A DNA stretch of 64,000 nucleotides, taken from contig CAVWAP010000002.1 of the NCBI GenBank assembly GCA_963753055.1, positions 257,411 through 321,410 of the forward strand, given 5' to 3'. Below the pieces are notes generated by a model, which was not told the origin of the DNA, did no database searches, and was given only the letters and a program-made list of their open reading frames with translations. This stretch comes from an uncultured Bacteroidales bacterium (GTDB lineage Bacteria > Bacteroidota > Bacteroidia > Bacteroidales > B18-G4). The position numbers and the translations under genes were made by a program. The first letter of the stretch is position 1. Each line of letters starts with the position of its first letter. Below, one piece after another: positions 37,839 through 47,858 of the stretch.

Positions 37839-37936
37839 TAAAAAGCAGCCCCTTTAATGATTAAAAAAAGCCCGCGATGTAAGGCAGGCTTCTTGATTTT
37901 ATTATTAAGCCAGGAATTATTTCCCGGTTGCAAGTT

Positions 37937-38260
37937 TTAAGTTTCTAAAGTAGGTGGTCCTACATGAATTAACCTGAAGAACAATGTCCATTGCTTATGA
38001 GTTCCGGTAATACGAACATTGTAATTCATATAGGCAACAGATACAGTATACAATTGTTGGTTGGTATTTGTGCCTAAAAAGTCAGGATGCAGTTGATCGT
38101 ACATTGCCATTACAAGAACGGGACTCTGTATGGCCTGCTCAAAGGTCAGATTAATGGTCCGTTTGGTCGGATTGATTTTAGTGGGATGTTCCGCAATTGC
38201 AATTGTAACTGTTGTAAAGGTCAAAATTGCCATGATCATTACTAGTTTCAAAGTTTTCAT
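37937..38260 (-). CDS. small secreted hypothetical protein
   Basis: 107 aa with signal peptide MKTLKLVMIMAILTFTTVTIAIA. Confidence 0.45.
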   Translation of the reverse strand: MKTLKLVMIMAILTFTTVTIAIAEHPTKINPTKRTINLTFEQAIQSPVLVMAMYDQLHPDFLGTNTNQQLYTVSVAYMNYNVRITGTHKQWTLFFRLIHVGPPTLET

Positions 38261-38820
38261 ATTATTTATTGTTTTATGATTATTAATGAATATTGTTCAG
38301 ATAAGATAATTTCTTGCTGTGCTATCTATCATTAAAAAGCAATAGAAAACACAACGACTCCAATAATAAAGCTTACCCAGCTCAGGATTGCTAATATTTC
38401 TAATTTTAATTTCATAGTATTATAATTATTGAGTTAAAAACCCATGCGTTGTTGTCTTGAAGGTAACATTATAATATGCTGTTTGTTAACACTATATTGA
38501 CATATAACATTTAATTAACAGAAAGAAATTGATGATTCAATAAGAGGATGTCCCTTTCACTGTTCAAATTATTAAACAGTGTTCACCTAATTACAGTAAG
38601 AGGATAGAGTAAATTGGAATATGAGAATATCTTAAGAATTTATGATTTATTTGTATGAATTCATCAGAACTGACAAATTCCTGATAATTAATAAAATAAC
38701 AAACAATTAACAGTTTAATAGTAAATATCTTCGGCCTGCTTAAATTACCGACAACGGCTATACATATGAAACGTAAAGGGATTTGAAACGCAAAACTCTC
38801 AAGTTTGCACGTAGCCAAAT

Positions 38821-39618
38821 TTATTCAGGTACCATCTCAATTATTTCAAATCCTGTTATAGATTCTTCTGATGTAATAAACCGAACAGTTTCATCAATTT
38901 CAAGATTGAATTTAATATCATTATATCTCTGATCAATAAAAAATTTCTGCTCGGGATTATCATGGGAATAGATTTCTCCTTTCATTCTAATCGGATAGTA
39001 GGTCTGTTTGTCAATAAAATAAAAAGTATTCGAAACATTACCTTCGTTTTCTTCAAGTTTGGCCGCGAATCCAGGCATTGTCATTTTATTCCCCAGCCTA
39101 ATTACGATTTGAAAACAATACCTGCTCTCAATAACAGTATCCTTTAATCTCTCAATTGAGTATGAATCTGTGTTATCTAAAATATACCTGAACTCATATT
39201 GCATTCCATAAAGTGTATTATGGCTCCAAAAATGTTTATTCTTAAAATCAGGATATTTAACTAAATCGTATAGCCTGGCAACACTATCTCTAATATTTTT
39301 GCGAATCAGCCTATTCCCATCATATATATCTTCAAAAACCACATTTTCTGTATCGTTTACATACATGTACCAGTGCCCTTTTACACCGACGATAGAATCA
39401 GAAATCAGTCTTTTGAAATACATCTCTCGATAGCGAAAAATTGTATCATTAATATTTTGAGGATTTGTCCTCGCCATTTCTTGTTTATAGTAGACTGTTT
39501 CAATGGTATCGATTGTTTTTATTGTCTTTTGTAATATTTCCGAAGCTGTCTCTTTCTTATTACAAGAGCTTAATATCGTCAGTGCAGTCAATAAATATAT
39601 AACTCCGATTTTCTTCAT
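38821..39618 (-). CDS. hypothetical lipoprotein
   Basis: MKKIGVIYLLTALTILSSCNKK lipobox. 265 aa. No catalytic motif recognised. Confidence 0.6.
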   Translation of the reverse strand: MKKIGVIYLLTALTILSSCNKKETASEILQKTIKTIDTIETVYYKQEMARTNPQNINDTIFRYREMYFKRLISDSIVGVKGHWYMYVNDTENVVFEDIYDGNRLIRKNIRDSVARLYDLVKYPDFKNKHFWSHNTLYGMQYEFRYILDNTDSYSIERLKDTVIESRYCFQIVIRLGNKMTMPGFAAKLEENEGNVSNTFYFIDKQTYYPIRMKGEIYSHDNPEQKFFIDQRYNDIKFNLEIDETVRFITSEESITGFEIIEMVPE

Positions 39619-39721
39619 TAGTCTATCTGATTAAGTTCCTCGCACTTTGTTTATATAGCATATACCTTGTTGGTGGTAGTGATACTTGATATTGTCAAAT
39701 TTATGTATAAGATGGGGTTAA

Positions 39722-41470
39722 CTAGGCACTTTTGGCTTCTATGCTACCGTAGAAGGCGTGATTTTCTCCTTTTTCTATGGCCCAACTTGCATTTCCATAA
39801 TCAAAGTGCCAGTACTCTTTTATGTCAACCACAAAATCTTCTACCTCAAATAAATTAATAAGCAATTTTCTGTTCATTTTGGCTAGAGGTGAAATAAATG
39901 GATGGTATGGGTAGCATTTATCATTCAGGTTTATTTTTAGCCCCTCATTCGTACCAAAATCCATAATGCAATCTTCCTTCAAATCATATATTAAGGCATC
40001 TACAGCCCCTCCGGTTGAATGCATTGATTCCATTGCTGGGGCAATGAAATATGAAACTAATTCCTCAATTTCTTCTAATTGTTTATTGGGATATTCTTTT
40101 TGCAAAGATTCAACTTTTTCATCCCATAATAGTTTTTGATGTTCAAAAGATCTCCATGCAGACCGAATGATTAGTTTTTTATCTTGCTTGTCTAACAGTT
40201 TACTTATTCGGCCTATCTTATCAAAAACATCTTCTCGAACCATATAGTAGTATTCTTTTTTAATGGATGGTTCGAATATCAAATTAAATTCAGATTCTTT
40301 CAAGCTGATTAATCGGGAATTGTTTTCTTCTATTGAAACAGCTGGTAAAAGTTGTTTATGCTGGCGGTAATGTTTTTCAACCTTTTCGCAATATTCTTGT
40401 GCATTCATAAGATCATTTGTTTCTTTAATTACATATGGAGATGTCATTGCCGAGAGCAAAGCGCTATAATTCAAATCAAACTCCAATTCATTTCCTGCTT
40501 TTAATTTCATCTTCCTTGTACTAACAATGATATGGTCACTACTCGCCCCAAGGATATCAATAGTTGATCTTGGTGTCAATCCGGAAACCAGTACATCTTG
40601 TAGTCCTATGTTTAGTATAGATCTATTAATTGGACCTTGATCTTGAAACACTGGAACATTCCCCATTGCATCCTGGGCGGCATCTCCATAAGGAAGGGAA
40701 GGTTTTATTTTTGATTCAATAACTTCTGCAACCAGTGTAAACGCATCAGTAAAAAGCCCCGGAATTGGCTTTCTATAGAGGGTTTCACATCCCAAATAGA
40801 TTGACTCACCCAGTCGTAAGTTATTGATCTTGCCGATATCATTCGTAGAAATAAACCAATTATAATTGGCAGAATTTCCACCGGAAACAAAAGTTAATTT
40901 CAATCCGAAATTCTTTTCAACACCGCTTGCGATTGTTGACAAAAACTCCATTTTTTCTTTATCTGGTTTAATCCCTCCAAAACACGCCAGATTTGTTCCC
41001 AGGCCCACAAGTTCAATTCCTGCAAGCTCCAATACCTGTTTAATGGTACTGTCTAAATCCACTGGCATTAAACCTTCTCTTAAATCTCCCAGCTCCAGCA
41101 TAAGGATAATTTTGTGTGTGGATTTATTTTCGACGGCAAATTTTGAAAGTCTTTTGATTACAGAAAGCTCAGTATTGAGGCTTATATCTGTATATTTTAC
41201 AACTTCTTCGGCTTGGCTCAGGCTTGGTGTCCTTAGCAGGAGAAAAAGGGCCTGAACGCCTGCATTGCGCATCTTCTTAATATTAGTAATCCTTGAATCA
41301 GCAAGGATATTTATCCCACTTTTTACTAAAGAATTTGCGATACCAGGATCCCCACATACTGCCTTTGTAACTCCAATAACATCAATTCCCTTTGAGCCGT
41401 ATAGTTCTTTTAATGTTTTTGCATTATGGGCAATTTTTCCAAGATTTATTTCTATTCTGGGGGTTACCAT
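39722..41470 (-). CDS. fusion protein: PLP-dependent alanine/ornithine racemase-like domain + M15 (VanX/DdpX-type) D-Ala-D-Ala dipeptidase domain
   Basis: The N-terminal approx 365 aa carry IDVIGVTKAV (PLP Lys) in a racemase-type barrel. The C-terminal approx 200 aa carry RSAWRSFEHQKLLW, SMHSTGGAVD (SxHxxGxAxD), MDFGT and EYWHF. Confidence 0.8.
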   Translation of the reverse strand: MVTPRIEINLGKIAHNAKTLKELYGSKGIDVIGVTKAVCGDPGIANSLVKSGINILADSRITNIKKMRNAGVQALFLLLRTPSLSQAEEVVKYTDISLNTELSVIKRLSKFAVENKSTHKIILMLELGDLREGLMPVDLDSTIKQVLELAGIELVGLGTNLACFGGIKPDKEKMEFLSTIASGVEKNFGLKLTFVSGGNSANYNWFISTNDIGKINNLRLGESIYLGCETLYRKPIPGLFTDAFTLVAEVIESKIKPSLPYGDAAQDAMGNVPVFQDQGPINRSILNIGLQDVLVSGLTPRSTIDILGASSDHIIVSTRKMKLKAGNELEFDLNYSALLSAMTSPYVIKETNDLMNAQEYCEKVEKHYRQHKQLLPAVSIEENNSRLISLKESEFNLIFEPSIKKEYYYMVREDVFDKIGRISKLLDKQDKKLIIRSAWRSFEHQKLLWDEKVESLQKEYPNKQLEEIEELVSYFIAPAMESMHSTGGAVDALIYDLKEDCIMDFGTNEGLKINLNDKCYPYHPFISPLAKMNRKLLINLFEVEDFVVDIKEYWHFDYGNASWAIEKGENHAFYGSIEAKSA

Positions 41471-42597
41471 ACGCGAACAGATTGTTTTTGTAATTCTGGG
41501 AATGCTACGAATAGTTCTTTAACCAATTTATCACAACCATGTTTTAGTACGTCAGTAGTAGGTAGTTCATATTTGTATTCGTATTCCGCTATTGTTGTTT
41601 CTAATTCTTCTTCGGTCATATCTTCATGGTTAATTGTGATAGCAATCACCTTCGCTTTTGAGAACACTTCTATTAATTCGATCTCACTTTCAAGGGTAGG
41701 CATTGGTATGTTGGAATAATCGCAATGATTTTTTCTTTTTGGTGGATGCTGGAGAATAATTGCATTTGGCATGGCACCTCTTAATATGGCACTTGATGAG
41801 GTAAAGGCAGGATGGCTCAAGGCTCCTTGCCCTTCAACGACTATAATGTCAGGCTGCTCTTTTTCATAAGCGTCTAATATTGCATTTTCAACCTCTCCGG
41901 TTGCAAAGCCTGAAGTTAATACATCTATTGCAATACCATATTTTGAACCCTGAAGAATGCCGGTTTGTCCTGTTGCTATAAATGCAGCTTTCAGCCCCTC
42001 TTTTCTTAAGGCATCAACTAAATTTACAGTGGTTGTTCTTTTTCCAACAGCACAATCGGTTCCAAATACAGTGATTACCGGAATTTTGACTTTATTGATT
42101 TTTCCTGAAAAAATATGCAGTTCTTTTCGTGGTGGTGGTTTTCTGATATCATAAATCCTAACACCATATTCACTGGCTTTTTGCCTGTATTCTTCATTAT
42201 CGGTGAAGAATTCCGGCAATCCGTTTACAATGTTCATTCCTTTTTTCATAGCACTGAAAATAATGTTTTTCTGGTCCTCGTCAAGAAAGGAAGCAAGCGG
42301 AGCTATGCCATAGATGAAATATTCCGGAACAAGGTTCAACTTATTAATGGCGTCATCAATATTTCGGAAAACAGGTATCCCTGTTCTTTCCCCATCAAGA
42401 TATTCTCCTGCATCAAGTCCTGCCTTTGTGCTATCTATAATACCTAAAATGTCATACTTTTCTGAGTGCCTGGCAAGGCCATTTGCAACTTTTCCGTCTA
42501 ATTGCCCAAATTCATTTTCACTATATACAAGTGCTTTTTTTTTCATGTTCATTTTTTTCGTTAATAGCTTAGTATTCTTTTTTGAATACATATTCAA
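41464..42597 (-). CDS. DUF1611 family protein (DgcN-like)
   Basis: KALVYSENEFGQLDGKVANGL N-terminal pattern and P-loop-like GTDCAVGKRTT. The true start is probably an internal Met (MNMKKKALVY). Overlaps the downstream fusion gene by 7 nt. Confidence 0.75.
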   Translation of the reverse strand: MNMYSKKNTKLLTKKMNMKKKALVYSENEFGQLDGKVANGLARHSEKYDILGIIDSTKAGLDAGEYLDGERTGIPVFRNIDDAINKLNLVPEYFIYGIAPLASFLDEDQKNIIFSAMKKGMNIVNGLPEFFTDNEEYRQKASEYGVRIYDIRKPPPRKELHIFSGKINKVKIPVITVFGTDCAVGKRTTTVNLVDALRKEGLKAAFIATGQTGILQGSKYGIAIDVLTSGFATGEVENAILDAYEKEQPDIIVVEGQGALSHPAFTSSSAILRGAMPNAIILQHPPKRKNHCDYSNIPMPTLESEIELIEVFSKAKVIAITINHEDMTEEELETTIAEYEYKYELPTTDVLKHGCDKLVKELFVAFPELQKQSVRVW

Positions 42598-42668
42598 TAG
42601 TTTTTTCTCGGTTTATTTCAAGATATTAATGTATTTATCGGATAAGCTAAATGACTTATTACAGTACT

Positions 42669-43040
42669 TTAGCTAAAATCCTCATAACCGCTTTTTATAA
42701 GAGTGGATAGCATTTTGAACTTCTCGTTTGCTTTTATTGTGTTACGGGAATGGGCGGGTATGATAATGGATTGACCTGTTTCAAGTAAATTGGATTTGTC
42801 ATCAATCACAACTTCAGCATTCCCCTCAATAATCTGAATGAAGATTTCAAAGGGTGATGTTTTTCCACACAACAGTTCACCTGAATCAAATGAAACGGCG
42901 CTGACATTTCCAGTTATTCTTTTAATAATTGACTTGATCACTACTGAATTAGGGATGTATTCGATGACCTCAACTACTTTAAATGCTTTTGATTTTGTAA
43001 ATTCAGTGCTTTCCATTGTGTATACTCTATTATACTGCAA
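42669..43040 (-). CDS. cupin domain protein
   Basis: 123 aa with an FIQIIEGNAEVVID....G.SIIIPAHSRN two-motif cupin pattern. Confidence 0.7.
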   Translation of the reverse strand: MQYNRVYTMESTEFTKSKAFKVVEVIEYIPNSVVIKSIIKRITGNVSAVSFDSGELLCGKTSPFEIFIQIIEGNAEVVIDDKSNLLETGQSIIIPAHSRNTIKANEKFKMLSTLIKSGYEDFS

Positions 43041-43097
43041 AAGTAGAGCTAATTAATATTCAGAGCATTACACAAAAATGATGAAATCTTACATATA

Positions 43098-43658
43098 TCA
43101 CATGTTTTCAAGGTTTTTCATGCGTTTTTGCTTCATTTGCTTGTAAAAAGATGGACTAAGGCCGGTGATTTTCTTGAACTGGTTGGATAAATGTGCTACG
43201 CTGCTATAATGTAGCTTGTTGGAAATTTCGGTAAGATTCAATTCGTCATATAATAGCAATTCCTTTACCTTTTCAATTTTGTTGATGATAATAAATTGTT
43301 GTATAGTAATACCCTTGACTTCCGAAAATGTGTTAGCCAGGTACGTATAATCATAACCCAATTTTTCACTTATATAATCAGAATAATTCACTTTAGGTAA
43401 TTCATCAGTATAATGAATCATTTCTATAATCACATTTTTTATTTTCTCAATCAGAATACTTTTTTTATCATCCAGCAATTCCAGTCCTGACTTGAGTAAA
43501 TTCTTTTTTAGCTTTCCCCATTGTTCATCATCAATATTTTCATAGGTTTCTACCGTGCCAAGGTCTATCGTTTTATATAGTATACCAAGTTTTTCGAGTT
43601 CTGCCTTAACCATCATCTTGCATCGGAGACTCACCATGTATTTGATATAAATTCTCAT
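43098..43658 (-). CDS. AraC family transcriptional regulator
   Basis: C-terminal LTEISNKLHYSSVAHLSNQFKKITGLSPSFY HTH_18 pattern. Confidence 0.8.
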   Translation of the reverse strand: MRIYIKYMVSLRCKMMVKAELEKLGILYKTIDLGTVETYENIDDEQWGKLKKNLLKSGLELLDDKKSILIEKIKNVIIEMIHYTDELPKVNYSDYISEKLGYDYTYLANTFSEVKGITIQQFIIINKIEKVKELLLYDELNLTEISNKLHYSSVAHLSNQFKKITGLSPSFYKQMKQKRMKNLENM

Positions 43659-43689
43659 AGGCTATTTTGGCGTATTGTTCATTACCTCC

Positions 43690-43808
43690 AACGTTCCCGG
43701 CGCATGGGCCGGGGCGTGTGTTTTTGTGTCGTGGCAGCGGGGCGCTATTTTCTGGATTAAATATACAAAAACGCCTTCTATATGTCCCGCTGTTTCGGGA
43801 CAAAGTTT
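43690..43808. mobile_element. approx 120-bp MITE-like unit (GC-rich-end variant)
   Basis: AACGTTCCCGGCGCATGGGCCGGGGCG ... GTCCCGCTGTTTCGGGACAAAGTTTT. Homologous to 25240-25362. Confidence 0.45.
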
Positions 43809-43924
43809 TAAAGGGAGAACCCTTGCCAGTTTTCTGAAAGGTATGCTTACCCTAAAACACTGCCCTGGCCTATTGCGCCGTGTTATGATCCTGTAGCCTT
43901 AACCGGTGCAATTCTGACCAGGGG

Positions 43925-44291
43925 ACTGGCACAGAATTTGACTTTCATATTTCTTCATTTCTTTTGCTTGTCCAAAAGAAACGAAGCAAAGAAAAGGACA
44001 GCACGAATGCAGCCCTTTCTCCCCACGGTCAGACTTCCCACCGCACAGTCCCCGAAAGGGGCACACCATTCGTGCACTCCCCGCACCGGCTAGCACTGAT
44101 TGATCTATGCTTCTCAGTTGGCAAAATGTAGAGCCGGCTATAAATAGAAAAGCTAGTTACTTGTAACGGTCATCCTGATCCCGCGGAGCAAAGCGAGGCG
44201 GGAGAAGGACCTCAATCATTTTAGCAGTCAGCTAGCAGAAACAGACTGTCAGCTTTCCGAAAAGGGAGAGGGTAAGGCTATTGGATATAAC
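43925..44291 (+). repeat. approx 370-nt GC-rich structured element, copy C
   Basis: Near-identical to copies A and B. Contains the CCCC-GAAA-GGGG hairpin inside the GCACGAATG/CATTCGTGC stem. Confidence 0.8.
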
Positions 44292-44558
44292 TAGTTTATA
44301 TGTGCACCTTTGTTCCTGAGTTCCTCTGTTCAACATGTTGTCCCTTTTTTGATATCTGATTCGTGATCCACCTTCGCTGCGCTTCGGTGGACAACGTATC
44401 TGATATCTGATTTATGATTTTTCTGGTCACTGGCCCGCCCATGCGAAGGCAGGTGTCACTCGTCACGACTGATCACTGTTCAGTGATCAGTGTTCACCGA
44501 TTTTGATCCTGCGCACTTTTTTCGTATATTGTTTGTCTCTATATTAACACCAATAGAG

Positions 44559-45473
44559 ATGAAACAAACAAAAATCTATTCAATAGTACTATTCTCTTTT
44601 TTATTAAATGTTTGCCCGCTATGTGGACAGAATAACATAGATGATGAAGGGTATATTAAAGAAGACTCTATGAATCTTGCTGTTCTTGTTGTAGACTTCC
44701 TTACATACGAATTCGAAGAAGCAAATATCTCTTATTACTTACTTTGCGATAGCTGTGACCTGGATAGCCTTCCATTCAATATAATCTTTGAATATCCTAT
44801 GGATTTTGGAGAAATTCTGTATAAATATTCATGGGATGATGACACCTTGTTTCATGGATCAATTATATGGTTAGGAACAGGAGAAATTCATTATCCAGAT
44901 CAGTTTTTTCCTGCAGACTCTTTTGGAATAAGCAATAATCAAGTGTCAATTCCTTCAAATGCACAATACTATGATTATTGGCTGATCGGCCACTCATATT
45001 GTTCTGAAGAAAGGTATAAGGAAAGAGCAGATTCAGCATGGTTTTCAATCGACTCCTTACTATTGGTAAATGAATTTGCAAATCATTCATTTCGTGTAGG
45101 ATTCTATGCATATACTCCAAGTGTTGGCATGTTTAATCCTTATGTTGCAAAATGGATCATCTTTCTTTACTATGGCAATGACTTTGGAGTAAGTGTCCCT
45201 GAATGCGATAAGGATAACTATTTCACACATCCTTACCCTAACCCCTGCGCAAGCGTTGCACGCTTGAGATTAACGATTACCGACCAACGATTAGCGATAT
45301 GTGATTTATATTCGATTTCGGGAAGTAAGATTTTGAGATTGATGGAAGAAGAGAAACTGCCAGGGGAATATGAAATTGAGATAAATGTGAGTGATTTGCC
45401 AGCAGGTATTTACTACATAAGGATGCAGGTTGGTGAGAATGTTGGTGTTAGAAAATTGGTGAAGATGGAATAA
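44559..45473 (+). CDS. T9SS C-terminal sorting domain protein (hypothetical cargo)
   Basis: The ATG at 44559 gives MKQTKIYSIVLFSFLLNVCPLCGQ. The C-terminus is YPNPCASVARL...LPAGIYYIRMQVGENVGVRKLVKME. Confidence 0.8.
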   Translation: MKQTKIYSIVLFSFLLNVCPLCGQNNIDDEGYIKEDSMNLAVLVVDFLTYEFEEANISYYLLCDSCDLDSLPFNIIFEYPMDFGEILYKYSWDDDTLFHGSIIWLGTGEIHYPDQFFPADSFGISNNQVSIPSNAQYYDYWLIGHSYCSEERYKERADSAWFSIDSLLLVNEFANHSFRVGFYAYTPSVGMFNPYVAKWIIFLYYGNDFGVSVPECDKDNYFTHPYPNPCASVARLRLTITDQRLAICDLYSISGSKILRLMEEEKLPGEYEIEINVSDLPAGIYYIRMQVGENVGVRKLVKME

Positions 45474-45712
45474 TGAAATGATGTTCCATGGCCGCATGGA
45501 CACATGTACGAAGTAATACCTTGTTAAATGAGAACATGCGTACATGTGAGCATGGTAAATGAATAATGATTTCCTGGTCACTGGCCTGCCCCTGCGAAGG
45601 CAGGTGGCACAGGTCACTGAATATAGGATAATGCGTATGTGGGTTTTATGAGGGGACTAAAGAACAACAATAAATATTGCATTCTCAATTACGAAAAAAC
45701 AATTTTTGAAAA

Positions 45713-45745
45713 ATAAAAAAAACCTGTCGATTTTGACAGGTTTTT
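45713..45745 (-). terminator. rho-independent terminator downstream of the cold-shock gene
   Basis: Stem acctgtc/gacaggt (45721-45740) is flanked by an A-run and a T-run. On the minus strand it is followed by U8. Confidence 0.8.
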
Positions 45746-45772
45746 ACAATGCTTGAAGCTTGCAGAGTAATA

Positions 45773-45964
45773 TTATATTACTTTGACGTTAACTGCGTTC
45801 AATCCTTTTTGACCTTCCTCAACATCATAGCTTACTTTATCTCCTTCATTTATGGCATCAATTAAACCATTTTGATGTACAAATACATCTTTACCACCAT
45901 CATCAGGGGCGATAAATCCAAAGCCTTTAGAATTATTGAAAAATTTTACTGTTCCGTTACTCAT
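45773..45964 (-). CDS. cold-shock protein (CspA family)
   Basis: [30 protein letters not shown] carries the RNP1/RNP2 motifs. Confidence 0.9.
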   Translation of the reverse strand: MSNGTVKFFNNSKGFGFIAPDDGGKDVFVHQNGLIDAINEGDKVSYDVEEGQKGLNAVNVKVI

Positions 45965-46182
45965 GATTAAAAATTTAAGTTAAATAAAACACAAAGTTAG
46001 TATTATATCCTTACATCTGAATGTTTTATGCGACTTTAATTATATTATTATGCATAAATACTACAAAAATGCATATTTGTTGCGTGTCACTCTCTGATAT
46101 ATAATTCGTGATTCATGGTCCGCCTCCACGCTGTTTCGGCACACTCAGTGTCTGATATATGATTCCCTGTTCACTTACTTAA

Positions 46183-47841
46183 TTAATTCTCGCCATTTGA
46201 AAGATGAATCCTGATTTGCAACTCGGGATAATCAGTCTGTAAAGTGTCAACACATATACCTGGAAACTCCGGGTAAGCCTGGTGAGACACCAGATAAATG
46301 GCATTTGGTATCTGGACGTCCCAGGTTCGTTGTACGATATATCCAACCGAGTTGGTCAGGTAAAAAGATACCGGTTCCCTGATGTAAGCATCGCCGTAGA
46401 CATACCAGTATTTATCCGGGTATTTGGCAGCCAGCGCCCAAACATCTGCCCGGGCTGGCGTAACAATTGAATCTTGCGTCCGAATAGGAAGCACAACCAG
46501 ATCAAAACAAATCCTGCCAACCAGTAAAGCGCCCACGAACCACCAGATAAGCCGTTCTTTATGTTTGAAATAAAGCCATGAGAGAGCAAGTAGCGCCAAA
46601 CCGATTGGAATACTGATCCAGAAAATATGCGGTATGGTGCTGGTTTTGGGATACCATGGCAGAACCAGTACAAGAACACCTGCACCAACGATGAAAAACC
46701 CAATTATCCCGTAAAAAATCTTGCTTCTCCAGTTTGATGAGCCTGCCTTTTGCATCAGGTAAATCCCAATTGTGTTGAATAGAGGAATAAACATGAGCAA
46801 ATACCGTGGGAGTACCTGCGGGGATGTCCAGTAAACGATCAGGTTAATGCCCAGTATCCAGAAATGATAGCGGGCGAAATCATTGGTTAGCAGTTTTTTC
46901 CAGAACTTACGATCCAGCCAGAAGATGACCAGGAGCGACCAGGGTAAAAAATGATAAATATTATCTAATGGGAAGGTAAGCAGGTGGACCCAGAATCTCC
47001 ACCATTCATGGATAATGACTGTGCGCTGTGCCGATTCGTGAAACAGGTTTTCAAAATACACATCCATTGGCCTGTAAATACTCAATATGCCAAGGTAGGT
47101 TCCCAATATTACAAGGGCAATGCTACCGCCTGCAAGATGTTGCCAGGAGAACAGCCGGCGCCCCTGCCGGAAAAACAGTAATCCAGTGATCAGGCTTAAT
47201 CCCTGGAAAACTATAGCAGGCATGCCCTTAAACATAAATCCCACCGACATTAACAGGTAGCTCCACACAAAGAGCCTCATCCAGTTTCCGCGTTTTCCTT
47301 CCCTGTAAATTACCATGAACAAAGCGTACATAGTCCATGAAAATGCCGTGTCTATCAGTCCCAGCATGGAGTCATAAAACAAAATACGGCCACTGGTGAC
47401 AAGCATCATGGAGCCAAGAAATGCTATGGTTTTACCGAATTCAGGTTTCAAGACCCGGTAGTGAAGCCAGGCAAAGCCCAGGAGAGAAAGCAAAGTGCAT
47501 ATCCTTGTGGGCCATTCGCCGAAACTTCCCCAAACTTCTGAAACGAGCAGAATAAACCAATTCCACAGCGGGGGCTTGTTGATATAATCGGCACCATGCA
47601 TGGTGGTGGCAATAAAGTTTCCCGATAGCTTCATCTCAAAAGCCACCAGCGATCGAATGGCTTCATCGCCGGTAAAAGCATACATGCCCAGATTAATAAG
47701 AAAAGCAGGAATTGCCAGAATGACAATCCCCAGGGCAAGCTGTCTGTTGCTGATATTATTTACCCAATTGCTTATTTTTTGTTGTATTGCTGGCAATAGT
47801 AAGATTCTGTGTCTAACAACATTTGACCAAAAAAGCTTCAA
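46183..47841 (-). CDS. GT-C fold (ArnT/PMT-like, GT39/GT83-type) membrane glycosyltransferase
   Basis: About 12 TM helices and a first periplasmic loop FTGDEAIRS (DE motif). Confidence 0.75.
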   Translation of the reverse strand: MKLFWSNVVRHRILLLPAIQQKISNWVNNISNRQLALGIVILAIPAFLINLGMYAFTGDEAIRSLVAFEMKLSGNFIATTMHGADYINKPPLWNWFILLVSEVWGSFGEWPTRICTLLSLLGFAWLHYRVLKPEFGKTIAFLGSMMLVTSGRILFYDSMLGLIDTAFSWTMYALFMVIYREGKRGNWMRLFVWSYLLMSVGFMFKGMPAIVFQGLSLITGLLFFRQGRRLFSWQHLAGGSIALVILGTYLGILSIYRPMDVYFENLFHESAQRTVIIHEWWRFWVHLLTFPLDNIYHFLPWSLLVIFWLDRKFWKKLLTNDFARYHFWILGINLIVYWTSPQVLPRYLLMFIPLFNTIGIYLMQKAGSSNWRSKIFYGIIGFFIVGAGVLVLVLPWYPKTSTIPHIFWISIPIGLALLALSWLYFKHKERLIWWFVGALLVGRICFDLVVLPIRTQDSIVTPARADVWALAAKYPDKYWYVYGDAYIREPVSFYLTNSVGYIVQRTWDVQIPNAIYLVSHQAYPEFPGICVDTLQTDYPELQIRIHLSNGEN

Positions 47842-47858
47842 TTCAAAAATAGTGATAA

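Noticed and set aside
38332-38415. 27-codon minus-strand ORF MKLKLEILAILSWVSFIIGVVVFSIAF, upstream of the 37937 gene, considered as a possible small membrane peptide.
   Set aside because: It is too short to support without conservation or expression data, and the AT-rich context makes chance ORFs likely. It is noted but not called.
38591-38818. 75-aa minus-strand ORF in the AT-rich spacer downstream of the lipoprotein gene.
   Set aside because: Low-complexity AT-rich sequence with no signal peptide or motif. It starts inside the region immediately following a stop codon. No support.
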